Below are positions 1 through 9,201 of a stretch of 64,000 bases of DNA, in pieces (positions within the stretch are counted from its first letter, which is position 1; every line of letters begins with the position of its first letter). The notes below the pieces were generated by a model that made no database searches, had not been told where the DNA came from, and saw only the letters and a program-made list of their open reading frames with translations. The stretch comes from Candidatus Marinacidobacterium sp. (lineage in GTDB: Bacteria > Acidobacteriota > Vicinamibacteria > Marinacidobacterales > Marinacidobacteraceae), in NCBI GenBank assembly GCA_965220965.1, contig OZ244852.1, positions 2,272,001 through 2,336,000 on the forward strand. The letters run 5' to 3'. The translations under genes and the position numbers were made by a program.

Positions 1-821
1 CGGTAGAGCGCGCCAACCGTGTAGCGGCCCGACTCCTGCGCCCGCTTCACCTTGGCGCGGTGGCGGGGGGTCATCATGTCGAGGAGCCGCTGCGTCTCGG
101 ACGGCGTGTGCCAGCGGATCCCGCGAGGCTCTACCTCGAGGACGTCGGACAGCCCGGTCGTCCGCGGGGGAGGCGCGGGTAACCGCCACCAGACCCAGGC
201 CGGTCGAGTGTCGGGGGGAAGCTGGCGGGCGGCCCGCTCGAGACCCGGGGTGGTCCAGTTCGGGTCCGGACCGGAACGGCGTACGGTCGCCGGCACGCGC
301 GAGTCATCCCGGGCGGCGATGACGAAGAGCCGCGGCCGGGACTGCGGCACGAAGTGGACGGCGTTCACCACGAGCGCGCCGAAGCGGTAGCCGCCGGCGG
401 CGAGGGCTTGCCCGATCGCGGCGAAATCCCGTCCGGAGTGCGAGGTCAGCGCGCCCGCCACGTTCTCGAGGACGACGGTGGACGGCGCGCGCGCCTCCCG
501 CCGGAGCCCCTCGATGAGGCGCCAGAAGGCCCAGAACGTCCCGGAGCGCTCCCCGGCGAGTCCGGCGCGCGGACCGGCGAGCGAGAGATCCTGACAGGGA
601 AACGAGGCCCAGGCCAGGTCGGCGCGGCCCGGGAGGTCCGTCGTGGCGAGCGAGGCGACATCGCCGCGGCGCAGGCCGGAGTCTCCCCAGTTCCGGGCGT
701 AGGTCGCGCACTTGGCTTCATCCAGATCGTTCGCAAAGAGGCAGGTCCAGCCCGGGCCGAGCCCGAGTCTCGCCATGCCTCCGCCCGCGAAGAATTCGTA
801 GAAGCCGCGCGACGTGGTCAA
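1..821 (-). CDS. dcm: DNA (cytosine-5)-methyltransferase, 3' end runs off the window
   Basis: Not in the ORF track (no stop within the window). Manual translation from TTG at 821 gives LTTSRGFYEFFAGGG (motif I), ASFPCQDLS (catalytic PC, motif IV), VLENV (motif VI) and PQSRPR (motif VIII). Confidence 0.92.
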   Translation of the reverse strand, partial: MTTSRGFYEFFAGGGMARLGLGPGWTCLFANDLDEAKCATYARNWGDSGLRRGDVASLATTDLPGRADLAWASFPCQDLSLAGPRAGLAGERSGTFWAFWRLIEGLRREARAPSTVVLENVAGALTSHSGRDFAAIGQALAAGGYRFGALVVNAVHFVPQSRPRLFVIAARDDSRVPATVRRSGPDPNWTTPGLERAARQLPPDTRPAWVWWRLPAPPPRTTGLSDVLEVEPRGIRWHTPSETQRLLDMMTPRHRAKVKRAQESGRYTVGALY

Positions 822-887
822 CGAACGCCCATGGTACCGACGGCCCGGACGGCGACGTCCCGGGCGACGCCGCCGTCGGCCCGGCGT

Positions 888-1955
888 TCAGTCCGGCTGA
901 TTCCGCCCGTCGGCGCCCGGAGCGGCCGCCCCGGTGCGGGACGCGAACGCCGGGCTCGCCCGCTCGGTGACTTCACCGCCGTCGTACAGGACCAGGAAGA
1001 GCGCGGCGAGACCGAGGCGGTCCGCCAGCGCCAGACCCTCATCCGGGCCCAGCACGAACAGCGCGGTGGCCCAGGCGTCCGCCTCGAGGCAGGTGTCGGC
1101 GAGAACGGTGACCGAGCCCTCCGGCCGCTCCACCGGCCGCCCGACCCGCGGATCGAGGATGTGCGTGGGCCGCGACGCCGCCCGCCCCGGCGCCGTGGAC
1201 GCCTCCCGGAAATCCCGGTACCCCCCCGAAGTGGCGACGGCGAGGTCGGCGACCCGGTAGGAACGAGCCACCTGGCGCGCGGAGAGCGGCGCCGGGGCTT
1301 CGACGCCAACGGTCCAGGCGCCGGCGACCCGGATCTCCCCGCCGATCTCGACGAGGTGTTCGGCGTGTCCCTCCTCCTCGAGGAGCGCCGCGACCCGGTC
1401 CACCGCGTACCCCTTGGCGATCGCCGAGAGGTCGAGCGCGACGCCGGAAACCGTCCTGAGCAGTCCCGTCGCGCCGTCCGGAAGCCGGACGAGGCGCACC
1501 GCGTCCGGCCCGCTGCGGGCCCGCGCCGCCTCGACCGCCGCCGCGTCGGGGACGGCTTCGCCGGGAGCCGCCTCCGGGCCGAACCCGAAGAGCGCCAGGA
1601 GGGGCGCGACGGTGATGTCGAACGCTCCACCCGAGGCGCGGTTCACCCGGAGGGCGGCTGCGACGACTTCGGCGAGCGGCGCCGACACCGGAAACGGACC
1701 GCCGCCCGGCTGTCGGTTCAGCCGGGACACCTCGGAGTCGGCGCGCCAGCCCGACATGCTCCGGTCCACCTCGTCGAGCCGCCCCTCGATCCCGGCCCGG
1801 AGCCCACCCGGATCCACCGCGGCGTCCCGCAGCCGTACGGCCCAGGTGGTCCCGAACGCCTCGCCCCGCAGCAGCGTCCCCTCCGGGGGGGAGGGAGCGC
1901 AGCCGGCGAGCCCCGCGAGGGCGACCGCCGCCGCCGCGAGCCGGCTACCCGAAAT
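888..1955 (-). CDS. apbE: FAD:protein FMN transferase (lipoprotein); start uncertain (GTG at 1817 or non-canonical ATT at 1955)
   Basis: Motifs [34 protein letters not shown] and ADAWATAL; lies directly after nqrF. The open frame upstream of 1817 encodes an LAGC lipobox and FGTTW. Confidence 0.9.
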   Translation of the reverse strand: MSGSRLAAAAVALAGLAGCAPSPPEGTLLRGEAFGTTWAVRLRDAAVDPGGLRAGIEGRLDEVDRSMSGWRADSEVSRLNRQPGGGPFPVSAPLAEVVAAALRVNRASGGAFDITVAPLLALFGFGPEAAPGEAVPDAAAVEAARARSGPDAVRLVRLPDGATGLLRTVSGVALDLSAIAKGYAVDRVAALLEEEGHAEHLVEIGGEIRVAGAWTVGVEAPAPLSARQVARSYRVADLAVATSGGYRDFREASTAPGRAASRPTHILDPRVGRPVERPEGSVTVLADTCLEADAWATALFVLGPDEGLALADRLGLAALFLVLYDGGEVTERASPAFASRTGAAAPGADGRNQPD

Positions 1956-3177
1956 CGTCGTAGGCGATGTTCTCGGGTTCGACGCCGAGGCCGTCGAGCA
2001 GGTCCAGGCAGGCCTTCAGCATGAGCGGCGGACCGCAGAGGTAGTACTCGGCGTCCTCCGGATTCGGGTGGTCCCGGAGGTAGTGGTCGTAGAGGACCTG
2101 GTGGATGAAGCCGGTGTGGCCGGTCCAGTTGTCCTCGGGGAGCGGCTCGGAGAGCGCCAGCTTCCACTCGAAGTTGGGGTGCTCCGCCGCGATCCGGTCG
2201 AAGTCCTCCTGGTAGAACGCCTCGCGCAGGCTGCGGGCGCCGTACCAGAAGCTCACCTTGCGGTCCGTTGAGAGGCGACGGAACTGGTCGAAGATGTGGG
2301 AGCGCATCGGGGCCATCCCGGCGCCGCCGCCAACGAAGACCATTTCGTTCTTCGTCTCTTTCGCGTAGAACTCGCCGTAGGGCCCCGAGATCGTCACCTC
2401 GTCACCGGGCCGCAGGCTGAAGAGCCAGGAGGTCATCTTTCCGGGGGGGGCGTCGGGCTCGCCGGGAGGCGGCGAAGCGATCCGGACGTTCAGCAGGATC
2501 ACGCCCTTTTCCTCGGGGTAGTTCGCCATCGAATAGGCGCGGACGACATCCTCGCCGGGTTCGACGGTGGACCGGAACTTCCACATGTCGAAGCGGTCCC
2601 AGTCCTCGCGGTACTCCTCCTCGACCTCGAAGTCCCGGTAGGTCAGATCGTAGGGTGGACACTCGATCTGGATGTAGCCGCCCGCCCGGAACGGCACCTC
2701 CTCCCCGGGGGGAAGCTCGAGGATCAGCTCCTTGATGAACGTCGCCACGTTGTGGTTCGAGCGGACGCGGCACGTCCACTTCCGGATCGAGAAGAGCTCC
2801 GGAGGGATCTCGAGCCGCATGTCCTGCTTCACCCGGACCTGGCAGGAAAGCCGCACGCCGGCGCGCTCTTCGCCCCGGGTCAGGTGACTCCGCTCGGTGG
2901 GAAGCACCGCGCCCCCGCCCTCGAGCACCTTGACCGTGCAGACGCCGCAGCTTCCCTTCCCGCCGCAGGCCGACGGCAGAAACAGCCGGCTCTCCGCGAG
3001 CGTTCCGAGGAGGGAGCCGCCGGCTGCCGTGCGGATCTCGTTTTCGGGGTCGTCGTTGATCCGGATGCAGACCTCGCCGCTGGCCACCAGCCGCCGCTTG
3101 GCCGCGAGCAGGACGACGACGAGCGACAGGATGACGAACGAGAACCCGGCGACGCCGAGCAGGACAGTCGTTGTCAA
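1945..3177 (-). CDS. nqrF: Na+-translocating NADH:quinone reductase subunit F
   Basis: 2Fe-2S motif [12 protein letters not shown]...[27 protein letters not shown] and C-terminal DDFG; start set at TTG 3177. Confidence 0.97.
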   Translation of the reverse strand: MTTTVLLGVAGFSFVILSLVVVLLAAKRRLVASGEVCIRINDDPENEIRTAAGGSLLGTLAESRLFLPSACGGKGSCGVCTVKVLEGGGAVLPTERSHLTRGEERAGVRLSCQVRVKQDMRLEIPPELFSIRKWTCRVRSNHNVATFIKELILELPPGEEVPFRAGGYIQIECPPYDLTYRDFEVEEEYREDWDRFDMWKFRSTVEPGEDVVRAYSMANYPEEKGVILLNVRIASPPPGEPDAPPGKMTSWLFSLRPGDEVTISGPYGEFYAKETKNEMVFVGGGAGMAPMRSHIFDQFRRLSTDRKVSFWYGARSLREAFYQEDFDRIAAEHPNFEWKLALSEPLPEDNWTGHTGFIHQVLYDHYLRDHPNPEDAEYYLCGPPLMLKACLDLLDGLGVEPENIAYDDFG

Positions 3178-3196
3178 GAGGGGGTTCCGGGGCCGG

Positions 3197-3814
3197 TCAG
3201 AGCTGGATCCCGCCGAACGCCATGAAACCGATCGCCATGAGCCCGGTGAGCAGGAAGGTGATCCCGAGGCCGCGCAAGCCGGCCGGAATCTGGTGGTAGC
3301 GAAGGCGTTCGCGGATCCCGGCGAGCGCGATGACCGCAAGCGCCCACCCCAGCCCGGAGCCGAACCCGAACACCGCCGACTCGGGAAGCGTCAGCCCCCG
3401 CTCGATCATGAGCAGCGAGGCGCCGAGGATGGCGCAGTTCACCGCGATCAGGGGCAGGAACACCCCGAGCGCCGCGTGGAGCACCGGGAAGTAACGGTCC
3501 AGCACCATTTCCACGACCTGGACGGTGGCCGCGATCGTGCCGATGAAGGTCAGGAAGCGCAGAAAGGAGAGGTCCTGGCCGGTGAGCCCCTCGTGGAGCC
3601 AGCCGAGAGCCCCCGGGCGGAGCAGGAAGCCGTTGATGAAGTGGTTCAGCGGGACCGTGACGCTCAGGACGAAGGTCACCGCAGCCCCGAGGCCGATGGC
3701 GGTGCTGACCCGCTTCGAGACCGCCAGGAAGGAGCACATCCCGAGGAAGAAGGTGAGCGCCATGTTCTCCACGAAGATGGCGCGAATCGCGATGTTCAGA
3801 TAGTCCTCGAACAT
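3197..3814 (-). CDS. nqrE: Na+-NQR subunit E
   Basis: [19 protein letters not shown] and [12 protein letters not shown]; operon position. Confidence 0.97.
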   Translation of the reverse strand: MFEDYLNIAIRAIFVENMALTFFLGMCSFLAVSKRVSTAIGLGAAVTFVLSVTVPLNHFINGFLLRPGALGWLHEGLTGQDLSFLRFLTFIGTIAATVQVVEMVLDRYFPVLHAALGVFLPLIAVNCAILGASLLMIERGLTLPESAVFGFGSGLGWALAVIALAGIRERLRYHQIPAGLRGLGITFLLTGLMAIGFMAFGGIQL

Positions 3815-3815
3815 C

Positions 3816-4442
3816 TCACTCGGCCTCGTTCTGTTCGGGACGGAACCACCGGAGCGTCCAGATCAGGAACCCGATGACGAAGAAGGCGCCGGGCGACAGG
3901 CTCATGAGCCCGTTCGGGGTGTACCAGCCCCCGTCCGCGACGACCGGCAGGACGGGCGCTCCGAAGAACGTCCCGGTCCCAAGCACCTCGCGGAAAGCGC
4001 CGGTGATCAGCAGCACCGCCGCGTAGCCGAAGCCGTTCCCGATCCCGTCGAGCAGGCTCCGCAGCGGGGGGTTCTGCATCGCGAACGCCTCCGCCCGGCC
4101 CATGATGATGCAGTTCGTGATGATGAGGCCGACGAAGACGGTGAGCTGACGGGAGACCTCGTAGACGTAGGCCTTCAGCACCTGGTCGGTGACGATGACC
4201 AGCGAGGCGATGATCGTGAGCTGGACGATGATCCGGATGCTGTTCGGGATGCGGTTCCGAAGCAGGCTCACCGAAAGGTTCGAGAGCGCGATCACCGCGA
4301 TGACCGCGATGCTCATGACGACGGTGGTGGCCATCGTCGTGGTGACCGCGAGCGCCGAGCAGATGCCGAGCACCTGGAGCGCGATCGGGTTGTTCTGGAT
4401 GAGCGGGTCCATCAGGACCCGTCGGGAGGGACTGGCCGCCAT
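3816..4442 (-). CDS. nqrD: Na+-NQR subunit D
   Basis: [18 protein letters not shown] and [18 protein letters not shown]. Confidence 0.97.
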   Translation of the reverse strand: MAASPSRRVLMDPLIQNNPIALQVLGICSALAVTTTMATTVVMSIAVIAVIALSNLSVSLLRNRIPNSIRIIVQLTIIASLVIVTDQVLKAYVYEVSRQLTVFVGLIITNCIIMGRAEAFAMQNPPLRSLLDGIGNGFGYAAVLLITGAFREVLGTGTFFGAPVLPVVADGGWYTPNGLMSLSPGAFFVIGFLIWTLRWFRPEQNEAE

Positions 4443-4451
4443 GCCCGTCGC

Positions 4452-5252
4452 TCAGGACCCCGGGGCGGTCGCCGCCCCCGGTCCCGCCCGCTCCCCGAGA
4501 CGATCGAGATAGGGGCCGAAACCGCCGTCGGCGAGCCAGAACCGGAGCAGGTTCGTCACGCCGCGGCTCGTCATCGTGGCGCCGGCGAGTCCGTCCACCC
4601 GGTGCGGATCCTCCTCCGGCGAGCCGGCGGCGCCCCGGGCGACCTCGATCACCGGACTTCCGGCCTCGGCGGCGAACACCCGCCGGCCGGGCCAGAGCGC
4701 CTTCCAGGAGGGGTTGTCCACCTCGCCGCCCAGCCCGGGGGTCTCCTTGTGGTCGTAGAAGGTGAGGCCGCGCACCGTGTTCCGGTCCGCCTCGAGCGCG
4801 ACGAAGCCGTAGAGCACGGACCACAGCCCCTGCCCCCGGACCGGAAGCACCACGGCCTCCAGTTCGCCCTCGGGTTCGACGAGGTAGACCACGGAACGCC
4901 GCTCGACCCGGCGGATCCGCGCCGGGTTCTCTTCCGCCGCCCGCGAGGACTCGGTGAGCCCGGCCTCCACCAGCGGGTCCACCGTCGACGGGTCCACGTC
5001 GGAGAGCTCTTCGCCGGTCTCCAGGTCGACGACGACCGCGCGGATGCCGGAGAAACGGCCGGCGAGCTCGGCATCGTCGAGCTGCTCCTCCGGGTCGGCG
5101 AGGCCCGCCGCGTAGAGGACGTTGCGCTGGCGCTCCCGTTCGGCGTTTTCGGCCTGCCGGTCCCGCAGCGCCACCGCCGATCCGGAGACGAGAACGGCGC
5201 ACACCAGGCACACCGCCGCCGCGAATCCCAGGATGTAGCGACCGGAATTCAT
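4452..5252 (-). CDS. nqrC: Na+-NQR subunit C
   Basis: N-terminal TM helix, GLWS, ETPGLGGEV and FMN-Thr motif DGLAGATMTS; ATG at 5252. Confidence 0.96.
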   Translation of the reverse strand: MNSGRYILGFAAAVCLVCAVLVSGSAVALRDRQAENAERERQRNVLYAAGLADPEEQLDDAELAGRFSGIRAVVVDLETGEELSDVDPSTVDPLVEAGLTESSRAAEENPARIRRVERRSVVYLVEPEGELEAVVLPVRGQGLWSVLYGFVALEADRNTVRGLTFYDHKETPGLGGEVDNPSWKALWPGRRVFAAEAGSPVIEVARGAAGSPEEDPHRVDGLAGATMTSRGVTNLLRFWLADGGFGPYLDRLGERAGPGAATAPGS

Positions 5253-5268
5253 GCGATAGGGGCGCGGA

Positions 5269-5274
5269 ATTCTA
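5269..5274 (-). promoter_or_regulatory. Putative -10 element (TAGAAT) for nqrCDEF
   Basis: TAGAAT lies 16 nt upstream of the nqrC ATG in a very GC-rich background. Confidence 0.45.
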
Positions 5275-5370
5275 GTTTCCGGCTGAGGTCGCCGCTTCGC
5301 CGCAGCCTGGCCGGATGTCACGCCGCTGCCGGATCGCCAACGGCTGCAAAGCGGCCGGCGCGACGAATCT

Positions 5371-5387
5371 ATGACATGAAATGTCCG
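5371..5387. promoter_or_regulatory. Putative WYL/DriD-type operator ATGACA-tgaaa-TGTCCG
   Basis: GACAT/ATGTC palindrome 66 nt upstream of the 5454 start; same architecture as the site at 55062-55078. Confidence 0.55.
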
Positions 5388-5453
5388 GCGTAAGCCGTAG
5401 CCTGCGCTTCTTTCATTGCCCGGGGAACCGGGCCCCAACGAAAGGAGCCGCGA

Positions 5454-6377
5454 TTGGAACTATCAGCACTCGACACCGCCGCCATCGGCCACCCCATAAC
5501 GCGCCTGGGCGTCTCGTTCTTTCCCGTGTACCTGCCGGACAACCGGATCCCCGAGATCGCCGCCGGCAAGGACTCCGGCCTCATCGTCCGGGAACTCGAA
5601 CACCCCTCGGTTCCTCACCTGCTGGCGGAGAACCCCACGTCGCGGCCGATCCTGGTGATCGAGGGCGAGCACTTTGTCGGCGGCTGGCAGAACCGGACGG
5701 CGAACGCAACCGCGCTCATCGCCCCCGGCGCGAAACTGAAGATTCCCGTCACCTGTCTCGAGGCGGGACGATGGGGAGGCCACGCACCGGAAAACGGCGA
5801 CCCCTCCCGCATGGCGCCGGAAACGGCGCTCGCGCCGCGATCCGTGCGGCGGGAGATCCGGACCTCGGTCTCGGCTTCCCTCGAGGCGCGCGCCGGCCAC
5901 GACGCGGACCAGGGGGCCGCGTGGCGGGCCGTCTCGGCGGAGCTCCGCCGCCAGGGAGCGGCCTCGCCCACCGAGGCCGCAACCGAAGCGGAAGACGCGG
6001 CCTTCCGCGCCCACCGCCCCCGCCACCTCGCCGCACAGGAGCTGGCCGAGCGGGGCCCCCTCCCGGGGCAGAACGGGGTCTGCATCACCCACGGATCCCG
6101 CGTCCGGACCGTCGAGGTGTTCGGCGCCCACGCGCTGCTCCGGGCCTGGTGGCGCGGCCTGGTCCGTCAGAACCTCGCGGATCCGCCACAGCAGGCCGAT
6201 CCGCCCTCGATCGACCGGGCGCTCTGGGGCGTGCGTCGCCTCACCCGGACGCCCTCGCAGTCCCGACCGGGGATCGGACTCGGCAGGGAACTGCGCGCCC
6301 GCGACCAGGTGCTTGCCGGCGTCGCGCTGACTCTCGAAGACAACCTGGTCCACGCGAGCGCCATGTTCGCCGCCTGA
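5454..6377 (+). CDS. ARPP-1/DUF6569-like protein
   Basis: Signature V.L...N....PIL.IEGE..VGG.QNR......L.......IPVTCLEAGRW; AAGGAG RBS upstream of a TTG start; antisense between nqrB and nqrC. Confidence 0.75.
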   Translation: MELSALDTAAIGHPITRLGVSFFPVYLPDNRIPEIAAGKDSGLIVRELEHPSVPHLLAENPTSRPILVIEGEHFVGGWQNRTANATALIAPGAKLKIPVTCLEAGRWGGHAPENGDPSRMAPETALAPRSVRREIRTSVSASLEARAGHDADQGAAWRAVSAELRRQGAASPTEAATEAEDAAFRAHRPRHLAAQELAERGPLPGQNGVCITHGSRVRTVEVFGAHALLRAWWRGLVRQNLADPPQQADPPSIDRALWGVRRLTRTPSQSRPGIGLGRELRARDQVLAGVALTLEDNLVHASAMFAA

Positions 6378-6393
6378 GCGACGGCCGCGGGCG

Positions 6394-7641
6394 CTACGCC
6401 GCGACGGCGTCGGCGCGGCGCTCGCGGCGACGGATGCTGCTGCGGAGCGCGAAGTGATCGATGAGCGGGGCGAACACGTTCATCAGCAGGATGGCGAGCA
6501 TCATCCCTTCGGGGTAGGCCGGGTTCACCACGCGGATCAGCACCGCCAGCGCCCCGATGAGGAAGCCGTAGACGATCCGGCCGCCGTTCGTCGAGGGGGC
6601 CGTCACCGGCTCGGTCGCCATGTAGACGGCCCCGAAGGCCCAGCCGCCGAGCAGGAAGTGCCACCAGAAGGGCACGGCGAAGAAGGGATTCGTGTCCGAG
6701 CCGACCAGGTTGAGCAATCCCCCGAGGAACAGCGTCCCGGCGGCCACCGCGAGCATGATTCGGAGCGACCCGACGCCGGTCAGAGCGAGGATCGCGGCCC
6801 CGATCAGGCAGGCGAGGACGGAGGTCTCGCCCATCGAGCCGGGCATCCACCCGAGGAAGGCGTCCCACGGGGAGATCCCGGCGCCGCCAGCGGGATGGAA
6901 GGGGGCGGCGAGGGCTTCCGGCCCCTCGAGGCTGAGCCGGGCCAGCCAGGTCGCCCCGCTGACCGCGTCGGGCGCGGTGTCCGCCGCGATCCACACCCGG
7001 TCGCCGCTCAGGTCGGCGGGGTAGGCGAAGAAGAGAAACGCCCGCGCCGTCAGGGCCGGGTTCAGGATGTTGAACCCGCTGCCGCCGAAGATCTCCTTCC
7101 CGACGACGACGCCGAAGGTGATCCCCAGAGCCACCTGCCACAGCGGGACGGTCGGGGGCAGGACGAGCGGGAACAGCATCCCGGTGACCAGGAAGCCCTC
7201 GCTCACCTCGTGGCGGCGGACGACCGCGAAGAGCATTTCCCACGCCCCGCCGACGGCGAACGTCACGATGAGGACCGGGAGGTACCAGAGCGCGCCATGC
7301 GCGACGCAGGCGAGCACGCTGTCCGCCGCGAACCCGACTTCGAGCGCCTGGAGGAGCTCGGTCCGCCAACCGGGCAGGGGCGCCGCCCCCGCCGCGATGG
7401 CGAGGTTCGCCTGGAGGCCGGTGTTGTAGAACGCCATCGCCACCGGGCCGAGCAGCGCGATCACGACGGTGAACATCAGCCGCTTCATGTCGAGCTGGTC
7501 GCGCACATGGGCGGGACCCGCCGTCGTCTTCCCGGGGGTGTAGAGGAACGTGTCGGGAGCGTCCCAGAGCGGCCAGAGCCGGTGAAGCCGGCCGCCCTCC
7601 GCGAAGGGCGCCCCGAGACGGTCGAGGACGGAGCGCAGCAC
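6394..7641 (-). CDS. nqrB: Na+-NQR subunit B
   Basis: HVRDQLDMKRLM, KEIFGGSGFNILNPAL, FMN-Thr motif DAVSGAT, GSMGETS and NPAYPEGMMLAILLMN; GTG at 7641. Confidence 0.97.
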   Translation of the reverse strand: MLRSVLDRLGAPFAEGGRLHRLWPLWDAPDTFLYTPGKTTAGPAHVRDQLDMKRLMFTVVIALLGPVAMAFYNTGLQANLAIAAGAAPLPGWRTELLQALEVGFAADSVLACVAHGALWYLPVLIVTFAVGGAWEMLFAVVRRHEVSEGFLVTGMLFPLVLPPTVPLWQVALGITFGVVVGKEIFGGSGFNILNPALTARAFLFFAYPADLSGDRVWIAADTAPDAVSGATWLARLSLEGPEALAAPFHPAGGAGISPWDAFLGWMPGSMGETSVLACLIGAAILALTGVGSLRIMLAVAAGTLFLGGLLNLVGSDTNPFFAVPFWWHFLLGGWAFGAVYMATEPVTAPSTNGGRIVYGFLIGALAVLIRVVNPAYPEGMMLAILLMNVFAPLIDHFALRSSIRRRERRADAVAA

Positions 7642-7645
7642 GGCT

Positions 7646-9040
7646 CTACCCCTCCTTCTCCAGCCGGTCGAGGACGCGGCGGAGCGCGGGGCCGTAGTCG
7701 TTCTTGGCCGGACAGACGAAGGTGAGCAGGCCGAGATCCTCCTCGACGAGTTCGAGCGCGCCCAGTTCCTCCGCGCGTTCGATGTCCTCCATGAGCAGCG
7801 CGCGAAGCAGCAGCACCGCGGGGATGTCGAAGGCCATGACGCGGTCGTAGGCCGGGGTCGGAACGATGGCCCGCCGCGAGCCGTTCGTCCCGGTTCCGAC
7901 CCGGCGGGGTCTCCCCGGAAGCCAGGAGCCCATAAAGGCCCGGCTCGCCGAGAGCGCGGATGCCCCCGGCGCCAGCCAGCCGAGGAACCGGCGCCCGCGT
8001 TCTTCCTCGAGGACCGTGACCTGCCGGTCATAACGGCCCAGATACGCCTCGGCCTCCGAGGTCGCGTCCCGCCCCGACAGCGCCGACCCGGACACGACCC
8101 GGTGGATCGCGGGGCCGCCGGAAGCCTCCGTCCGCGGCAGATCCGGCGCAGCGAGGTCGGGGGCGTGGGCGCCGATCGCCGTTCGCAGGATGCGGGGGCG
8201 CGCGAGCGGAGGCCCGCCGAGCGAAACCTGCCGGAGCGGGTCACCGACCCCGGTGCGGAACAGACGTCCGATCGAGGCGAGATCCTGGAGGTCGAGACTC
8301 CACGCCTCGCGGCCGCGGCCCGCTGGCGCGAGCCGGTGGATGTGGAGTCCGGAGGTCCCCGCGGGATGCGGGCCCCGGAAGGCGACCGCCTGGATCCGGC
8401 CCTCGGCGGGTACATCGAGCCAGGCGCCGGGACGATGGCAGACGAAGGTCGGCCCCTCGGTGAGGCGGGACACCGCCTGAAGCCCCCAGGCGACATCCTC
8501 CTCCCGTCCCCGCACCGCTGCGACCGGGTCCGTCGCCAGCGGAGCCGTGTCCATCGCGTTGACGAACACCGCGGCCGGACGCCGCTCCGGATCCGCGACC
8601 CGGCCGAAGGGACGCGACCGGATCGCGGTCCATTCGCCCGATTCGAGCAGGAGCGCGCGGATCCCGTCGTCGGGGAGGCCTTCGGGGCTCCGCCCGCGGA
8701 AGGCGCCGGGCGTGCGCCCGGCGCCGATCCGACCCGCGCGTTCGTCGGGGTTCACCTCGATCACCACCGACAGGAAGACCCGTCGGGCGCCGCGGTGGAC
8801 CGCGGCGATCCGCCCCCCGAGCGGGGCGGTGAACCGCACTCCCGGCGTCTTGCGATCCTCGAACAGCACGTCTCCCCGCTCGACCGAATCCCCCTCGCGG
8901 ACCTGCATCGCGGGGCGCATCCCCGGATAGTCCGCCCCGAGAAGCGCGACCCGCTCCGGGATCCGCAACTCCCCGGGTTCTTCTCCCGGCGCCCCCGCCA
9001 GTGGGAGATCGAACCCGCGGCGGACGACTTGGAGACTCAT
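7646..9040 (-). CDS. nqrA: Na+-NQR subunit A
   Basis: GFDLPLAGAP, DYPGMRP, GPHPAG, LGALELVEEDL and FVCPAKNDYG; ATG at 9040. Confidence 0.96.
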   Translation of the reverse strand: MSLQVVRRGFDLPLAGAPGEEPGELRIPERVALLGADYPGMRPAMQVREGDSVERGDVLFEDRKTPGVRFTAPLGGRIAAVHRGARRVFLSVVIEVNPDERAGRIGAGRTPGAFRGRSPEGLPDDGIRALLLESGEWTAIRSRPFGRVADPERRPAAVFVNAMDTAPLATDPVAAVRGREEDVAWGLQAVSRLTEGPTFVCHRPGAWLDVPAEGRIQAVAFRGPHPAGTSGLHIHRLAPAGRGREAWSLDLQDLASIGRLFRTGVGDPLRQVSLGGPPLARPRILRTAIGAHAPDLAAPDLPRTEASGGPAIHRVVSGSALSGRDATSEAEAYLGRYDRQVTVLEEERGRRFLGWLAPGASALSASRAFMGSWLPGRPRRVGTGTNGSRRAIVPTPAYDRVMAFDIPAVLLLRALLMEDIERAEELGALELVEEDLGLLTFVCPAKNDYGPALRRVLDRLEKEG

Positions 9041-9201
9041 GCGGTTCCGGATGGAGAGCGTGCCGGCAGGCGGGCCGGCGCGCGGCTCGGCTCGCGGTTC
9101 CGGGAGGAGTAGCTTCTGGGAGGCGGCCGGAATCCTCGCACAGAGCGCCGGCGCCGGGGAACGGAGCGAGGCGTCCCGCCGGAGACGCCGGCGCGGCGTC
9201 G

